Assembly: GCA_038496445.1 (NCBI GenBank)
Contig: JALMLS010000540.1
Location: 1-64,000, forward strand
Reading direction: 5' to 3'
Origin: Trichosphaerium sp. ATCC 40318
Lineage: Eukaryota; Protista; Tubulinea
DNA length: 64,000 nt
The notes beneath the pieces were generated by a model. It saw only the letters and a program-made list of their open reading frames with translations, was not told the DNA's origin and searched no databases. Of the stretch, positions 37,058-50,513 are shown piece by piece. A program made the translations under genes and the position numbers. Positions within the stretch are counted from its first letter, which is position 1. Each line of letters begins with the position of its first letter.

Positions 37058-39073
37058 TTATTTGCTCACTTCTATCTTGGAAACAAGAGAAACTATCTTT
37101 TCCTTTACAGCGTCATCATAATCTTGTGATGCTTCCAATATCTCATTGTTTTTGTTATGTGTTGATGAAAGTACAACAATAGTATCAAGAACTTCAGATA
37201 ACATATCTTGTTTGCTCTTAAATTCTTTAACCATAGTCAATAGAAGACTAACAGTTATCCTCCCAAATTCTCTTTGTAAGTTCATAACAAGATATATTGC
37301 TTCTTGATGTTTATCAAGCATACAATTTGCACGTACCTCCAAATAATAATTGTCAACATGAAGTCTACCCCATTCTTTCTTCAACTCAATTATTTTATCC
37401 ATAGCTGTCTTTGGTTCTCCTAACTCCAGTAATAGATGTATATATGTTACATATGTATAAGAATCAGGAAACTTAATACTATCAAATAATGATGTAGCTT
37501 CATCCAAGTTTTCATCCTTGAGGTAAATGCGAAGCAAGCAATTGACTACTGGTTGCATCTTTTGTTGATCAATATGTATTAATTCAATCAGAGTATCTTT
37601 CATGTTGTTTTCGAAAAGAGCATATGTTAGATTTATCATTGTAGATTCATGTACTTTAAGCTATTTGAAGTAAATAAGACATGGGAAAAAGAACAAACTT
37701 CAGAAAAATAAAAAGTTTTTTTCCTAGTTTTTTCTTGTATTTTGGGTTTTTTGTGTCTAATATTATTGTGTTGCTTTCGAATAAAAATTGAAGTAAGCCT
37801 TATACACACTTTATATGGAATGGTAACATACTTATACAATTTTACAGTATACGATAGACTAAAAAACACCAACAAAAAAAAAAAGAAAAAGCAAATAAAA
37901 CAAGATTGTTACATCTCATTCCATTATGTACCTTTCTACGCCTCATTTGATGCCAAACTTGAAGTGCTTCTTTTGGCATTTTAAGAAATCTGTATGACTT
38001 CATGAGATGAGCCAGTGTAGTGCTACTAGGCCAATACTCTGGATCTGAACACAATTTTTTATAAAGTTCAAGAACAGCATCGTATTGGCTTCTTTTTGCC
38101 ATAACGTTCAAAAGTTGTAAGTATATATGCCGCTTTGTCGAGAACCCAGCATTTTCAATAGCATAAATCATATCAAGAGCTCTCTGAGGTTCACTGCTAA
38201 GCGAGCAAATGTCAATTATTCTCTCATAAATTCTATTAGTTGGTTTAAAGCCGTCACCAATCATGTGATCAAAGAATTGAGATAATTGAGATGCAGTATT
38301 GCACACTCCCATAGCCTCCTCGTATATGGTCACATCGAGTTGTGTACCTTGAGACTTGAGGCTTTCAAGCTCTTGTAAAGCGAATTCAAAGCTACCAAGT
38401 AGTGGAATGTAAGTTTTATAATGAGCCTTTGCGTCCAAGTTGGGATTCTTTTTATATTTGTGAAAGGATCCCAAATTCCACTGTACGTAACTCACGCTCG
38501 AATCTAAAGACAATACTCGTTAAGCCTTCATCTTTGAAGGAAAAACACGTGTTTTTGTCTTCAAGGGGTAGAAGACAAGCACGCACTTTTTTTTTGTTGC
38601 TTGTTGCTTTTTTTGTTGGTTCGTTTTGGCTCATCGTTGACCTGTTTTTGTTTATTCGGCTTTGGAATAACATTTGCTGGTTTTGAGAGTGAGATTCAAG
38701 TGTATTTAGGTCAAAAAGAGCCAGTTTTACGCGCGTACCATCTTTTAATAAGTTCGTATGTTTGATGTAGCGACGATGTTGGTATTTTAATGGTCGTGGA
38801 TGCTACAATAAACGTTATTTATCCATTTTACAACAGTATTGTCCGTTTCAGTCAAGTTAGTCAACTAGTTGTTTCGCCAGTTATATTACGCTGTAGAAGC
38901 ACTTTATTTGTGTTGTGGTATCCATTGGAGCACTTTTAACGAAAAAATAAATGACGAAATAACTGAAACGGATAATACGAATGGGAAACTGTAAAATAGA
39001 TACTTACTGACGTAGATTTACGAGTCGCTCGCCCTGTAAGCGCGTAGGAGCGTATAAATCCTCTATGAATCAT
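37058..39073 (-). CDS. Pentatricopeptide-repeat (PPR) protein, probably mitochondrial
   Basis: PPR-like helices (DVTIYEEAMGVC, MIGDGFKPTNRIYERII, PDSYTYVTYIHLL). Arg/Ser-rich presequence MIHRGFIRSYALTGRATRK; 5' exons uncertain. Confidence 0.8.
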
Positions 39074-39568
39074 AATACAGCCTCAATTGTCGCGTACAAT
39101 GTATAGATGAAATAGAACGTAAGTTTGACTACTATGTGCTTTCGCTGTTGTCAACAGGCAAAATAATTTCGTTGACTTACTGTTTGGGGTTTTTTCAAGT
39201 CAAAAAATGCAAACAACAAGATCTAGTTCTGAAAAATACCAAAACACGGCATTGTTGTCCGTTAAAAGTGGAAAAAACAAGAGCTCTGAACTTGACTTGA
39301 CATTGTTTTTTTTATACACGTGTCATTCAAACAATGGACTTGCAGAGAGCAACCGATTTTATACTTTTGAGAAAACCTATGGATGTATTCAGTCCTTGCT
39401 GAACAACATGAACCATTTGTAAGCTAACACAAGTGAAATAATGCAACAACTATAACAGTTTATTTTCAAATACATAAATGGTGACAGCAACACTTCCAAC
39501 CGGGCCAAGTCATACCAGCCTGGCTCCATTAATGATCACCACCTTTATAAGTTGCTTCTTCTGCCTCA

Positions 39569-39975
39569 TTTAGTTTTTTCTCCTCGAGTACTCTTCCATT
39601 TCTTGTTTAAAGCGCTCTTTATCTTTATTAGATTCCTCAATATACTTCTATCAGCTCAGTATTGTCACAATAAACACATTTGTAAGCTCAGCAGTAATAA
39701 AGCATGACAAAGTTCTGACAAATATTTGCCTTTCCAGCGTCTGGTAGTGCTTTCCATATGCCACCTAGATTCTTCAGAATCTATTGCGAAGGTCACCAAA
39801 CTTTGTATCTTAAGGTACTCTAGAAAACTTGCCTCTCTGTTCTAATGGTCCGTTGCGATCTGATTCCCCTGACATGCTACTAACGCCCTAACACAAACTT
39901 AAAGAATGTGTGGAGTTTTTGCTTTTTTTTTTTGGCTCCTGGATCTCCTTGCTTTTTTCGTGGTTTTCTAAAACA
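39569..39975 (-). pseudogene. Degraded HMG-box (NHP6/HMGB-like) gene
   Basis: Fragments KKQGDPGAKKK...TFFKFV, ILKNLGGIWKALPDAGK and KYIEESNKDKERFKQEMEEY, with in-frame TAG TAG and a frameshift in the first part. Confidence 0.7.
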
Positions 39976-40494
39976 GTAGATGTCATTGTGCCGTTTGGTT
40001 GGATTTCTTGATCTTAATGGTAAAAATGCTAGTGGAGAAAGAAAACGTACAAACGCTTACACAATTGTCGCTGTCTTGTACCAGTTCATGAGCTCTGTTG
40101 TTGTTTAGATTTTCAAACAAAAATGTTTTTTGTTGTGGCTATCACGCGTCAATTGTATTATGGTACTTGTGTACCTAATCCATTCGAGGAGCTAGTGGTT
40201 TAAAAGTCGTCTATTTTTACTATTTTCGTTGAGAACAAGTATGTATGTTGGAAATACATCTGGTTTTATTGCTCTTAATATTTATTTTTGAGCATTTAGA
40301 CAAGGACTAAACCATTAAAACCTCAAAGCACTGATACACATAATAAAGTACTCAAATAGAAAACTCGCTAAAAAATGCAAGGTTCATTTTTTGTCACAAA
40401 TTGTTAAATATCTATCTTACCATGTAAGATACGTTATAAAATAAATCTCTTATACACTGATGAATTATATCTTTATTTACTTTTACGCAAAATT

Positions 40495-43226
40495 TCAAAA
40501 TGGATAGTACCTAAGAGTAAAATAGAATGTAAGCTTGTTTACAGACTTATCAAAAAAAAAAAAATAAGAAAATCGTACGTAATTTCTTTGCATGTGGTGC
40601 AATTTCTTTTATGTTATCGCTCTCTGCTATACTCTCTTTTAGAACTTTCATACGCCCTTCTATCTCTTCAAGCCATGCATTTAAAACTCTCTAGAAATTA
40701 AAAAAATTAGACAAAAATGGCAAGTCCACGTGGAGGATATTACCTTGTATGCTAAGAGTCTAGGATCTAGAGGTGTTTTTGGTAGTGGTCTTACTTCTTT
40801 TTTATCTATACGTTCTTTCCTTTTCAGTTTGGGTTCTGGAGTATCCTCCCTTCGCCCTGGACCAGGATCTCCACCGTTTGCTCTATATCTTTCTTCTAAA
40901 TAAGACCAAAGAGCTTGAGCGCTCTAGTAACAAATAATTAATCTCTTTATCAAAAATCACGTGATTTCTCGATTTATTTTTAACGTTGACGTACTGTATC
41001 TCTTGCTTTTTTAAGTTGTGCATCTCGCAATGGATTATGTGCAATATCGATACCAGCTCCTAGTTATCATTGTTGGCAAAAAAAAATGGAAGAAAAAGTG
41101 TTGTTAGTTGGTTACCTAATCCTCTACATCCACCGATTGATACGGGTAAGGCAGCAAGATTATTGTGATCTATTTTTAAAGCGCTTAAATTACGCATATT
41201 TCCAATTTTAGCAGGAAGACATAGTAATTGATTGTTACTACAAAAAAAAAAGTCTGTTAACTACTATCTTTTCGTGTTGTTTTTAAAGGGGCGTTAAGCA
41301 CGAACCTTAGATTTAGTTGCATAAGAGATGTTACAGAACATAAGGCGGCCGGTAAATCGCTTAGTTCACAATGTGCCAAATTAAGTAAGCATAGCTTCTT
41401 ACATTGTGATATCGCTTCGGGTATACTCTAATGTTGTAATCAACGACAATTGTAGCTTTCAGGTGTCGAAAGTACCTTTATAGGATTACTTTTTAAGCTC
41501 AAAAATTCAAGTTGTGGTAGTAGAAATATCGCTGGTGATACTTCTGTTAGTTTATTGAATGATAGATCCAATTGACGAAGTTGCTTTAGTCGAGATATTT
41601 TTGGGGAGATTTGACGAATCCTAACAGAGTTGTTATTTAAATGACTTTGATAGTCCACTTTAATTATCATTATATACTTTACCTATTCCTATTTGCCCTT
41701 AATACATTCAAATTCTGACACTTAGATATCTCACTCTACTATATAAGTTAGGAAGACAGTTTTTTTTGAATTTTTTTAGATGTTTTTTGAATTCAAGTTG
41801 AATCTAAAACGCCAAATATCACGTGTATAACACGTATGAATTTACCGAAAATGTGCGAATCTTATTGTTTGATACATCCAAGTCTGTTAAATTCTGAAAT
41901 CGGGAAGTCAAGCGCGGCATTTTATGAAATGAGTTTTCTGATAAAATAAGCATAGTTATCTATAAATAAACAGAATTAATGATAATCTCTGTTCTGTGGA
42001 AATAGCGTCGTTTTGTTATAAATTAATTGTTTATTATTTAGATCGGTACGTACTTGTGGTGAAGCATAGTCCACAACAGCCTGTGGTAATTTTTTTAAAT
42101 AACAAACACCAAGATTCAGAGATGAAGGGTTTCGCCCATGTTCCTCTAAACGACTAGCAATCTCTGCCTTGTTTTTTGATACTTGATCAAGAGAAAATCC
42201 ATTGGCTGATACTACTTTTAACAAGAATCAGCACACAATAGGAAAGCTTCGGCAACAAAAACAAGATCGAGATTTTAAGGGGTTATTTTTTTTTCTTTTA
42301 GGCAATATCCACAAAAAACGCTGTCACGTGATTAAAATGCACTATAATAATACGGTAAATAATGTAATATCTTGCCTTCGTCATTTGAATCTTCAGTGTC
42401 ACCTTCTGATTTTGAATGATCACGTGAATTGTCGGCAGATTTAGGTCTTGTAAACGCCAACTCGCGCTAAAAGAAAAGGATAAATATACTGCTAATATTC
42501 CGCTATATTGTTGACTGTACAACTTACAATACCCAATTGCTCCATCGTGGCATTATCATCTAAAACTTTACCATTTAACTAAACCATCCAGTAAGCCAGA
42601 GAGAATGCAATACATTCACCAAGCCAAAGAAAAACGAAAAGAAAAAAAAGTGGCAACTGTGCTCAACCAGAAAAAAAAATTGCGAGTATACATCCCTCCG
42701 CGCACGTAGGAAATACGTCGCTTTCTCTGTAACAGTTTTGAAGAAAAAAAACACTGCCACATGCAAAATTAGGGCTGTTTTTGTTTAAAAACTTGTCGGC
42801 ATTTTGCCTTCTTTACACTGTACGCACGTCTGTAGGAACAAATTTGGAAGTATCAATCCCTCTCTTTATGCATATTTGATTTAATAAATCTTTTAGCTTT
42901 ATAGTCCCATTAAACAAGGACTGTGTACGTCTATCTCCCGGTAGGTGTATAATAACGACTCGAGCATATGACCTCGGTTTTTTATGACCGAACCGCCGTT
43001 TTATTGTACCTTTAGCGTAGAGATTAAAACAATAAAATGAGCGCAAGTAATGCCGTAATAGGCCAATCACGTGCCTTTTGGGTCTAGGTTCAATAGGGAT
43101 GATGCATTATGTAGGAAGGACGCACCCTCCGCATCTGTTTTGCGTCTAGAGTGCTTTTTACCTAAAACTACATTCAGTTGATGCTCAGTTCTTCTTTATC
43201 ATACCCCTGTCGCTTGGCGAGGCCAT
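40495..43226 (-). CDS. Ras-binding-domain-like (ubiquitin fold) + leucine-rich repeat protein (multi-exon)
   Basis: VIIHLPGDRRTQ...LKDLLNQICIKRGID (Raf-type RBD-like). LRRs LRQLDLSFNKLTEVSPAI, LEFLSLKSNPI, LLNLAHCELSDLP, LKIDHNNLAALP. Confidence 0.75.
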
Positions 43227-43648
43227 GTATAGGAGTAAACGCGCGGGTACAACACGTTTAACAATCACAAGTCTTGTTTGGTACACATTATGATGAACTG
43301 AGAGCTGTGGTACGTCTCACTATAATTAAAAGCGCAACAGTTTTCGGAATAACAGTGACAAGCGTTTCGCGCACTTGCAGATAATACAGCAGGCCGACAA
43401 GAATGTGTTACAGTTTTAAAAAAACATGTCACTGTCAAAGCACTTAAAAAAACCTGCCACAGCTCTTCTGCTGTATCAACAACTGGAATGGGATAATCAC
43501 AACACAGATCACTCATCGCCAGAGCCTGACACGCTTTGACGATGCATACTAGATGGAATTACTGACTACAAGCCAAAGAAAAACAGATTTTTGGCTAAGT
43601 CGCGATATTTGGCGTTTAGTCGACTTGATTGGCCCATACTCACAAGCA

Positions 43649-44376
43649 ATGTTACGTACAGCCTTAGTCTCCCGTGTTAGCGCACCTGTTTCGAAAGTAA
43701 ACACACGAACAACAAAACGCGTTGTTGTCGTCGCAAACAACAGAAAATTTACAACCTCTTCATCTCTTAGAGTACAGAGACCTACCTCCCCTCATGTTAC
43801 AATTTACGCCTTTCCAATGCATGCCATCGCTTCAATCACTAACAGATTTGCTGCACTTGGACTAACCGCAGGTACGTAGCTAAAAGAATTGTTTTTTTAC
43901 GATTATAAACCAAAAAGCGCAAAATTATGGTATAGCGTCTTCCTTGACTCTAAACAAACGACCTGCAACAAAATACAAGCAGTGTAGCATTATGTTGTAA
44001 TTAAAATGGTTTTAGGTTTCACTGGCGTTGGCATAGCGTGCCTTGTTAACCCAGGAGCTGCCGTATGCTTGGTAGGCGCATTGAAAGTACGACACGAAGA
44101 AAAATAGTTAAAAATCTTACGACATGTAGGCCTCTACTGCCACCGCGTATGTATCTAAACTGTTCGTATGTTGGCCGTTGATTTACCATTGGGTTCAAGG
44201 TTTTAGACATTTGGTAAGATAATAATATTATGAGAGGCTTCCCAAGCTCACAATCCTAGCTCTTTAACATCACAGCAACTGGCTTGAAGGATACCAAAGC
44301 TGTACGAAAGACATCAGAAGTCTTACTTTACGGATCAGTCGCTGTTTCAGCTGCCATCGCTGCATTTCCATTTTGA
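43649..44376 (+). CDS. SDHC: Succinate dehydrogenase cytochrome b560 subunit (SDHC/Sdh3)
   Basis: Mitochondrial presequence; RPTSPHVTIY; SITNR; YHWVQGFRHL; three TM helices; three introns. Confidence 0.92.
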
Positions 44377-44597
44377 TTTAGCAGCCTGAGCTATCCTACT
44401 ACTTTTTGTTTCTCTCATTGTAACTGGTGACTGCGTAAAAAATCTTGTACGTTCAAGCACAGACAAAAGACAACCAGCTGTATATCTACGCACTTCAACA
44501 ACAATAAAAAATTGCTGTCAACCAAAAAAAAATGTGGAAGAATAATCCAGACTTTTGTGTTTCGCCACACTGCGTAACTCGGTAAATTAAAACAACG

Positions 44598-45480
44598 ATG
44601 GCAATGTTACTCACAAGGACTGCTATTCGCAAATACGCCTCAGCTGGAGGTACCGGCGTCTCATGGCATCGCACTTCGAAGAGTATGTTGTCGAAGGATA
44701 CCTCCAAGCATGTAACGAACTCCCTTCTCAACACTGGCAAAGCAATAGAAGAGAAAGCAAACCTCACTACCTCTCAAGTCCCAAAACCTGATTATACCAC
44801 GAAATCAATGCTTTCAAAGCGTGTACCATTGCGCCAGGGTCACTACAGTGTTTCTCGTTTTTACGGTAGCCCAAAAGGTGTTGGCCCTCTACACTTTACA
44901 GGCCGTTACAGTACCTCAACAGCAGGTAGTAAATAAATAATTATTTCGCCCACAAGCTTACTATGTTTACACCACAGAAAAGCCTAGATTCGGTCGAGAA
45001 CGATCTAAAGAAGAGCAAGACTACGGAAAAATGCTTTCGCATTGGGGCGCAGGTCTTACTCTTGGTATAGTTATGCCAATTGGCCTCCTATTCGATTTGG
45101 GCATGCTGAACGTTATCCCTGACGCTGCCATGGCTCTTGTAATACCATACCACGGATACCAGGGTATACACGAAGTGCGTACACTAAAAAAAAAAAAATT
45201 TTGACACTTGTTAAGATTATCCACGATTACGTACCAAAATCAATCCAAGGCGGACTTGACTACTTGATGTTAGCCCTCTCTATCGTAGGTGCTCTTGGTC
45301 TACTACGTCTCACATTCGGTGACGGTATTGGTAACTCTCTACGTTTGTTGTGGTACGCGAAAAAAACAAACCTTGACACTCAACTTTTAGCGAAACCGTT
45401 AATTCCAGTGATGCGAAATCATCCTCAACCGAATACTTTCTAACAGTTTTTTTTGTAGGAGCAAAAACCAACCTGAGTAA
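44598..45480 (+). CDS. SDHD: Succinate dehydrogenase small membrane anchor (SDHD/Sdh4, CybS)
   Basis: Long presequence; D...IPYHGYQGIHE|IIHDYVP; LGLLRLTFGDGIGNSLRLLW. Confidence 0.88.
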
Positions 45481-45687
45481 AACGTGTTAGTTTATTTTCA
45501 ACGCCCTGTAAAATGTAAGAGCATATGAGTTATGGTTAGCGAACTGCTGGCCTAGTTGTAGTGATAAAACATCAATAAATATTGCTGTTTAAGTTTTGGT
45601 ATCAATTATCAGGCTACGTAATTAAGTTAACGCAAAACACAGATACCACGATTTTGCCCATACAAGCACCAGCTACATAATAACAAA

Positions 45688-46214
45688 ATGGTAAGTACGT
45701 GCAAAACAGTAAATAATAATTCAAGGCCGGTTAAAATCACCAAAATGCCCCAAACTCGCCAATAACAGCGTATAAATTTAACCACATTACTGTGGGCGCT
45801 TGTGTTATGATCAAAATTAATTTAAACGCAAGGGAAACACCAAAGCAAAATTGATGGAGGTGCTGAGCGACGCTCAAAACGATGACAAAGTACAGAAGGC
45901 ATTCGCTGCGTATGACAAAGATGGTGATGGTACCATTGACAGAGGCGAGGCTAAGAAGTTTGCTGAAGATCTTATAAAGATCGTGACAGATAACTCTCCG
46001 ATATCTAAAAAACAATTATTGCGTGGCGTATCTATGAAAGAGTGCGTTTAGATATTTATTTTGTAAATAGTTGCAACTGTTGTCCAAAGCAGGCACAATT
46101 TCTAATTATGTGTTTAGATACGTCAACGCAAATTTTATGTTGATGGACAAAGATGGCAACGGAAGTGTATCATATGATGAATTCAAAGAGTTTCTACAAT
46201 CTCACAGCGGTTAA
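45688..46214 (+). CDS. Small two-EF-hand calcium-binding protein, possibly N-myristoylated
   Basis: ATG|intron|GNTKAK; EF loops DKDGDGTIDRGE and DKDGNGSVSYDE. Confidence 0.88.
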
Positions 46215-47654
46215 ATCAACCTTTTGGGATCTTAGCCCAGGACCGTTAAATCTAATTTCTGAATTCTGAAGTCTCAGAAATTGAAGAGAGCGCCTGTGCC
46301 TGTATTTATAAGTCAAAACTTATTGTAAAGCCACCCTTCCTTCAATAAAACAACGTATTCGACGATTTATTTGACTAACTCAAATTCTAATTTAAATTCG
46401 TTCTATGGTGGCCAACTAAGAGGATAAATTTGGCGGACTACGCTGCTCGACCGGTATCATTTTGCTTGCAAAGCATAGAGTCTATATCAACTGCTAGCCG
46501 ACGCCTGTTTGGCTATGTCGTTAGTATACGTGTGGTCAAGTGAACAACGTGCTTTGAATTTTTTTTTTAGAATTTGGCTATTCTCGATTTTTGCAGACAA
46601 AACTGTTTTCTGACTTATCAAAACTCTATTTATGATGCGCAAAGCACTTCTGCGCGTTGTTGTAAAGCGCTTCGCACACCATTCGCCCCACTGCGTACGT
46701 TTGTTTTGTATATTTATGAAAAATTCTCGCGTACATACAAAGCTATCCTCAATGGTTCCAAACAATGATTTAACTGTTGTTTTATGAGTTAGCTTGTTTT
46801 GTTTTTTTGGTATGCTCTAACCCGTTTTGTAGGATGATGGTACGATTCAGCAAGCATAATATGAGGCGTTGAATGATAGATAGCGCCGTCTAGCGCATCT
46901 TTAGACAAAGGTAAGTGAGTAACTTTATTTTTGTTGATAAGACAACGCTGGATATCAGATTCGCGTTTGAGCGCTTCAAACCACGCAGAAATTCACGTTA
47001 AAATAGCTTTTTTACGCTAAAAAAAGAACCACGGCTTGGTTGGGAAAATAAAGGCTGTACAGTCTGTCATACACTCATAGCAACACAAACGCCAATTTAA
47101 GATGTAGCACAAAGGGAGGGCGACACATTGTGTTCTTACTAAGGCCAAACGTGAAATACTTTTCGCTTTAATTACAAAACCTTACGCTCTCATCAACTCT
47201 ACGGCAGCACGATCATTGGCAGGATCAGATAGTTCCAACGACATTTTCTTTTTTTGTACTGACAGGAGCGAAGCACATGTTTGATCTACTGTACTACGCG
47301 ATGCACACAAGCGCGGGGGAGGTATTATAGTATAATTGGTGAAGAGTTGCAATTTTAGAGCCAGAAGTGCTAAAAATTCACACCTACGCTCTATTCTTGC
47401 TACTTGCAGTTGTTTGTATTGTTGCGGACCAAGGAGCATTGGTCAACTTAATGCGGGGATATTGCGCGTATTTTAAAGGGCTTAAGGAAAAGTTCCTACA
47501 CTGTATTTCCTAACAAGTTCTAACTGGTTTACACACCATTATATAGACGGTGAGTCATTTTGGTGTTGTTTTCATACGCAACTAACGCTGACAAAGAGAG
47601 TTGCAACATTGGGTGCACTACATAAACTATTTTTACCTACAGAAAGCCGAAACG

Positions 47655-50223
47655 ATGGGACGCAACAAGATTGAGATAAAACGAATTCAAAACGATAGAA
47701 ATCGTCAGGTGATCTATCCGACCTCAAATTTACGACTTCTCATTTGACATACTTAGGCCACGTTCACCAAGCGTAAAAGTGGGCTTATTAAAAAGGCCAT
47801 GGAACTTTCAATTCTCTGCGATTGCGAGATCAGTTTAATTGTTTTTAACAGCAACAATAAGCTATTTCAGTACACCAGCAACGACATGCCAAATATCTTG
47901 GAGAGATACGCAAAAGCGACGGATATACATACAAGCCTTACAAACGAGGACGTGCGTATTTGCTTCCTCGTGCTATACGAGGCGTTTATTACTTACTTTA
48001 CTGACGTTCTTTACAGTATGATCCATTATTTGGTGACAAGGACCGTGAGAAACCAAAAGCTTCTTCCACTGTAAGTGAGCGCAGAGTAACTCGTGCTGGT
48101 GGTGCGTATTCTTTTGTTTTTTGTTTTTTCAATTATTTCAATTCTTAAAGGCGTTGTGCTTTTGGTTTTTAAACGTGACCTGCATACTACCTCCTGTGTA
48201 AAATGCTTTTGTGTAATATTTTTCTAACTTTTGTAGCAAAACGAAAAGCTTCTTCAAGCACGCGTCAATCCCGTAACTCACAGAAAAACAACCACGACCA
48301 AACGGTACCTCTTCTTCTTTTGCCTTTTTTAATCAATCGTTTTTTGGCCTCGTTGTTTCAAAAAAAAAAACCAAACGCTGTTTTTTTCACATCAAATTAA
48401 GACTTTAACTCCTTTATTCCTGTTATTTTAAAAAAACACCTTTGAGGAAGTATCAAATTGGCACCGTAACAAAAAAAAACGTTTAATTTTCGGGTATCTC
48501 CTATTTGTGTTTGACTTCCTTTTAGCACGGTATGAACTTCCCGGATGAGAAACGTACTGCTGTTCGTCATGCTGCGAAACGTGCTAGAACTCTTGCAAAG
48601 CAACTCGCGGAGAAAAATGCAGTTTATGATGAGGATGAGATTAAAGAAGAGATGGAAGATGTACCAACACGTTCTAATATGCGCAGTGGTGCAGATAGGA
48701 CTGGTGCCGTACGTCTTTATTGTGTTTTTTTTTTTGTTTGTCCGCTGTTTATTGATAATATTGACCTAAACTCATTTTTTAGGGTAACGGAGGTCGCGGT
48801 CGCCCTCTCCAACCACAAGGTGTTTACGCACAACCTGTACATGCTCATCCGTATGGTTACCCTAACAACGGTTACCCACCAAATATGATGAAGGTGAGTT
48901 TTTGAGTACCTCGGTTTCAAAAATACAAGCTTACTCTTTTTCTCAGGGTCAACCGTACCCTTCAATGCCAAAATATGGATTACCTGGTATGGTAGTTTAC
49001 CACAGCGGATCAAATCCTTATGGTTATGGTATGATGGGTAATAATAATATGGGCGCTATGCCAATGGGTGGTATGCCTATGGGTAATGGTGGTATGCATA
49101 TGAATGGTAACTTTGGCAACCAACACGATCAGATGCAATGCGATAATGGTAACTATGATGGTAATTCAGACTCAGGTCCACGTAAACGTGCAAAGTAAGT
49201 AGCGCTACTCTACAAAAAAACCCGTTTCTTATACGTGTTTCCTAGGTTTAATAGCTTGAGTATTGTTATTCCAAAGGAGGTAACGTTGTTCTTTATCACT
49301 TGTCGCCACGACAACTTAACGGTTTTGTTGCAAAAACCAGGCTGCTTGCTTGTTAAGTTGTCGTGGATGACTTATTAATTATTTATCGCTGTAAATATCT
49401 ATGTATTATATATCTCAAAAAATATAGACAGATACCAGTAACATCGCTAAAGCCAAAGCATGCCAAACGGGTACAACTAAGGAAAAAAAAAAGGAAAAAA
49501 AAAACGTTTTCACAGTCGCCCCAATGTAGCTAGCTTACCTATTCCTCTTTCTTTTTTATATGTTCGCTGTTAGTTTCTACATGGCTTTTATTCCTTTGAG
49601 TCATGTAGGACCTTTCTGTCAGTAATTACTATAAGTCATTTTTTCGCTTTTGTTTTCTACTTTGCTAAACCTGCATCTAGGCCGAAAACGGTCCTAACTC
49701 AAAAATGGTTTCTCCTGGCGGTTTCAGACGGCCGTTCTGTCCCACAGTAGCTCTACCACAATCCCCTACAACACTGACAACACCAAACCCTAATATGTTT
49801 GCTTCCCCAGCACCAATATCCCCACGTACACCAACTGCACCTCTCCCTCCAAATCCAGTACGTTTACAAGTAGAAACTTTTAAGTTTTGATAAAAACCTC
49901 GTTTACTAACTCTTGTACTAGTTTGCTAATGTTCTTGGTGTATCGATGCCTATGTCCACAGCAAGTGCGTATTCTCTACCACCAGTAGGTGCCGATGGAG
50001 CCCCGTACGTATCAGCATTTGTAGGTTTTTTTGTTTTTCTCCTCTTTCAGGATTCTCTCGTTGACATTTTTTTTAAAGGCTCACACCAAAGGCAATGTCT
50101 GGTAAAAGCTTTGGTCCTCCTTCGCCCCCAAATGAAGGGCCTTCTCCAGCACCTTCTCCTTCGAAACCTCTTACTGATTCTAACACGAGAGGTGCTTTTA
50201 TAAAGACTGAACCAAAGTCATAG
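47655..50223 (+). CDS. MADS-box transcription factor, MEF2/SRF type
   Basis: [18 protein letters not shown]|[30 protein letters not shown]; MEF2-like [17 protein letters not shown]; Pro/Gly/Met-rich tail ending in IKTEP (psi-K-x-E). Confidence 0.95.
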
Positions 50224-50513
50224 TCAGCCCAACCATTTCTCGATCAAAGCAAAAAAAACCAGAAAGTCAAAAAAAAAAGAAAGAAAAAAGATGGGGTTGA
50301 TTTGAAAAAATACCACGCCAGCTTTTATAGCGGCAGTGACTCAACCGTCAGTGTAGTTGTATGTAAAATGTAAATGTTTAGTTAGTAGGAAAAAGTAGCA
50401 TTGTTGTATTCTCCTCTTACTTTTCTCAAACGTGTTTTGTGGGGTTTTTTGTTACACCTTGCTCTCACTTAGTCAACCACGTTTTTTTAAATCAGAACCC
50501 ACATCTCAGAGTT

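Noticed and set aside
39855-39890. In-frame TAG TAG in the HMG box as a sign of stop-codon reassignment
   Set aside because: TAG, TAA and TGA all end intact genes here (e.g. thioesterase and V-ATPase D with TAG, SDHC with TGA), and the locus also has a frameshift. It is best read as a pseudogene.
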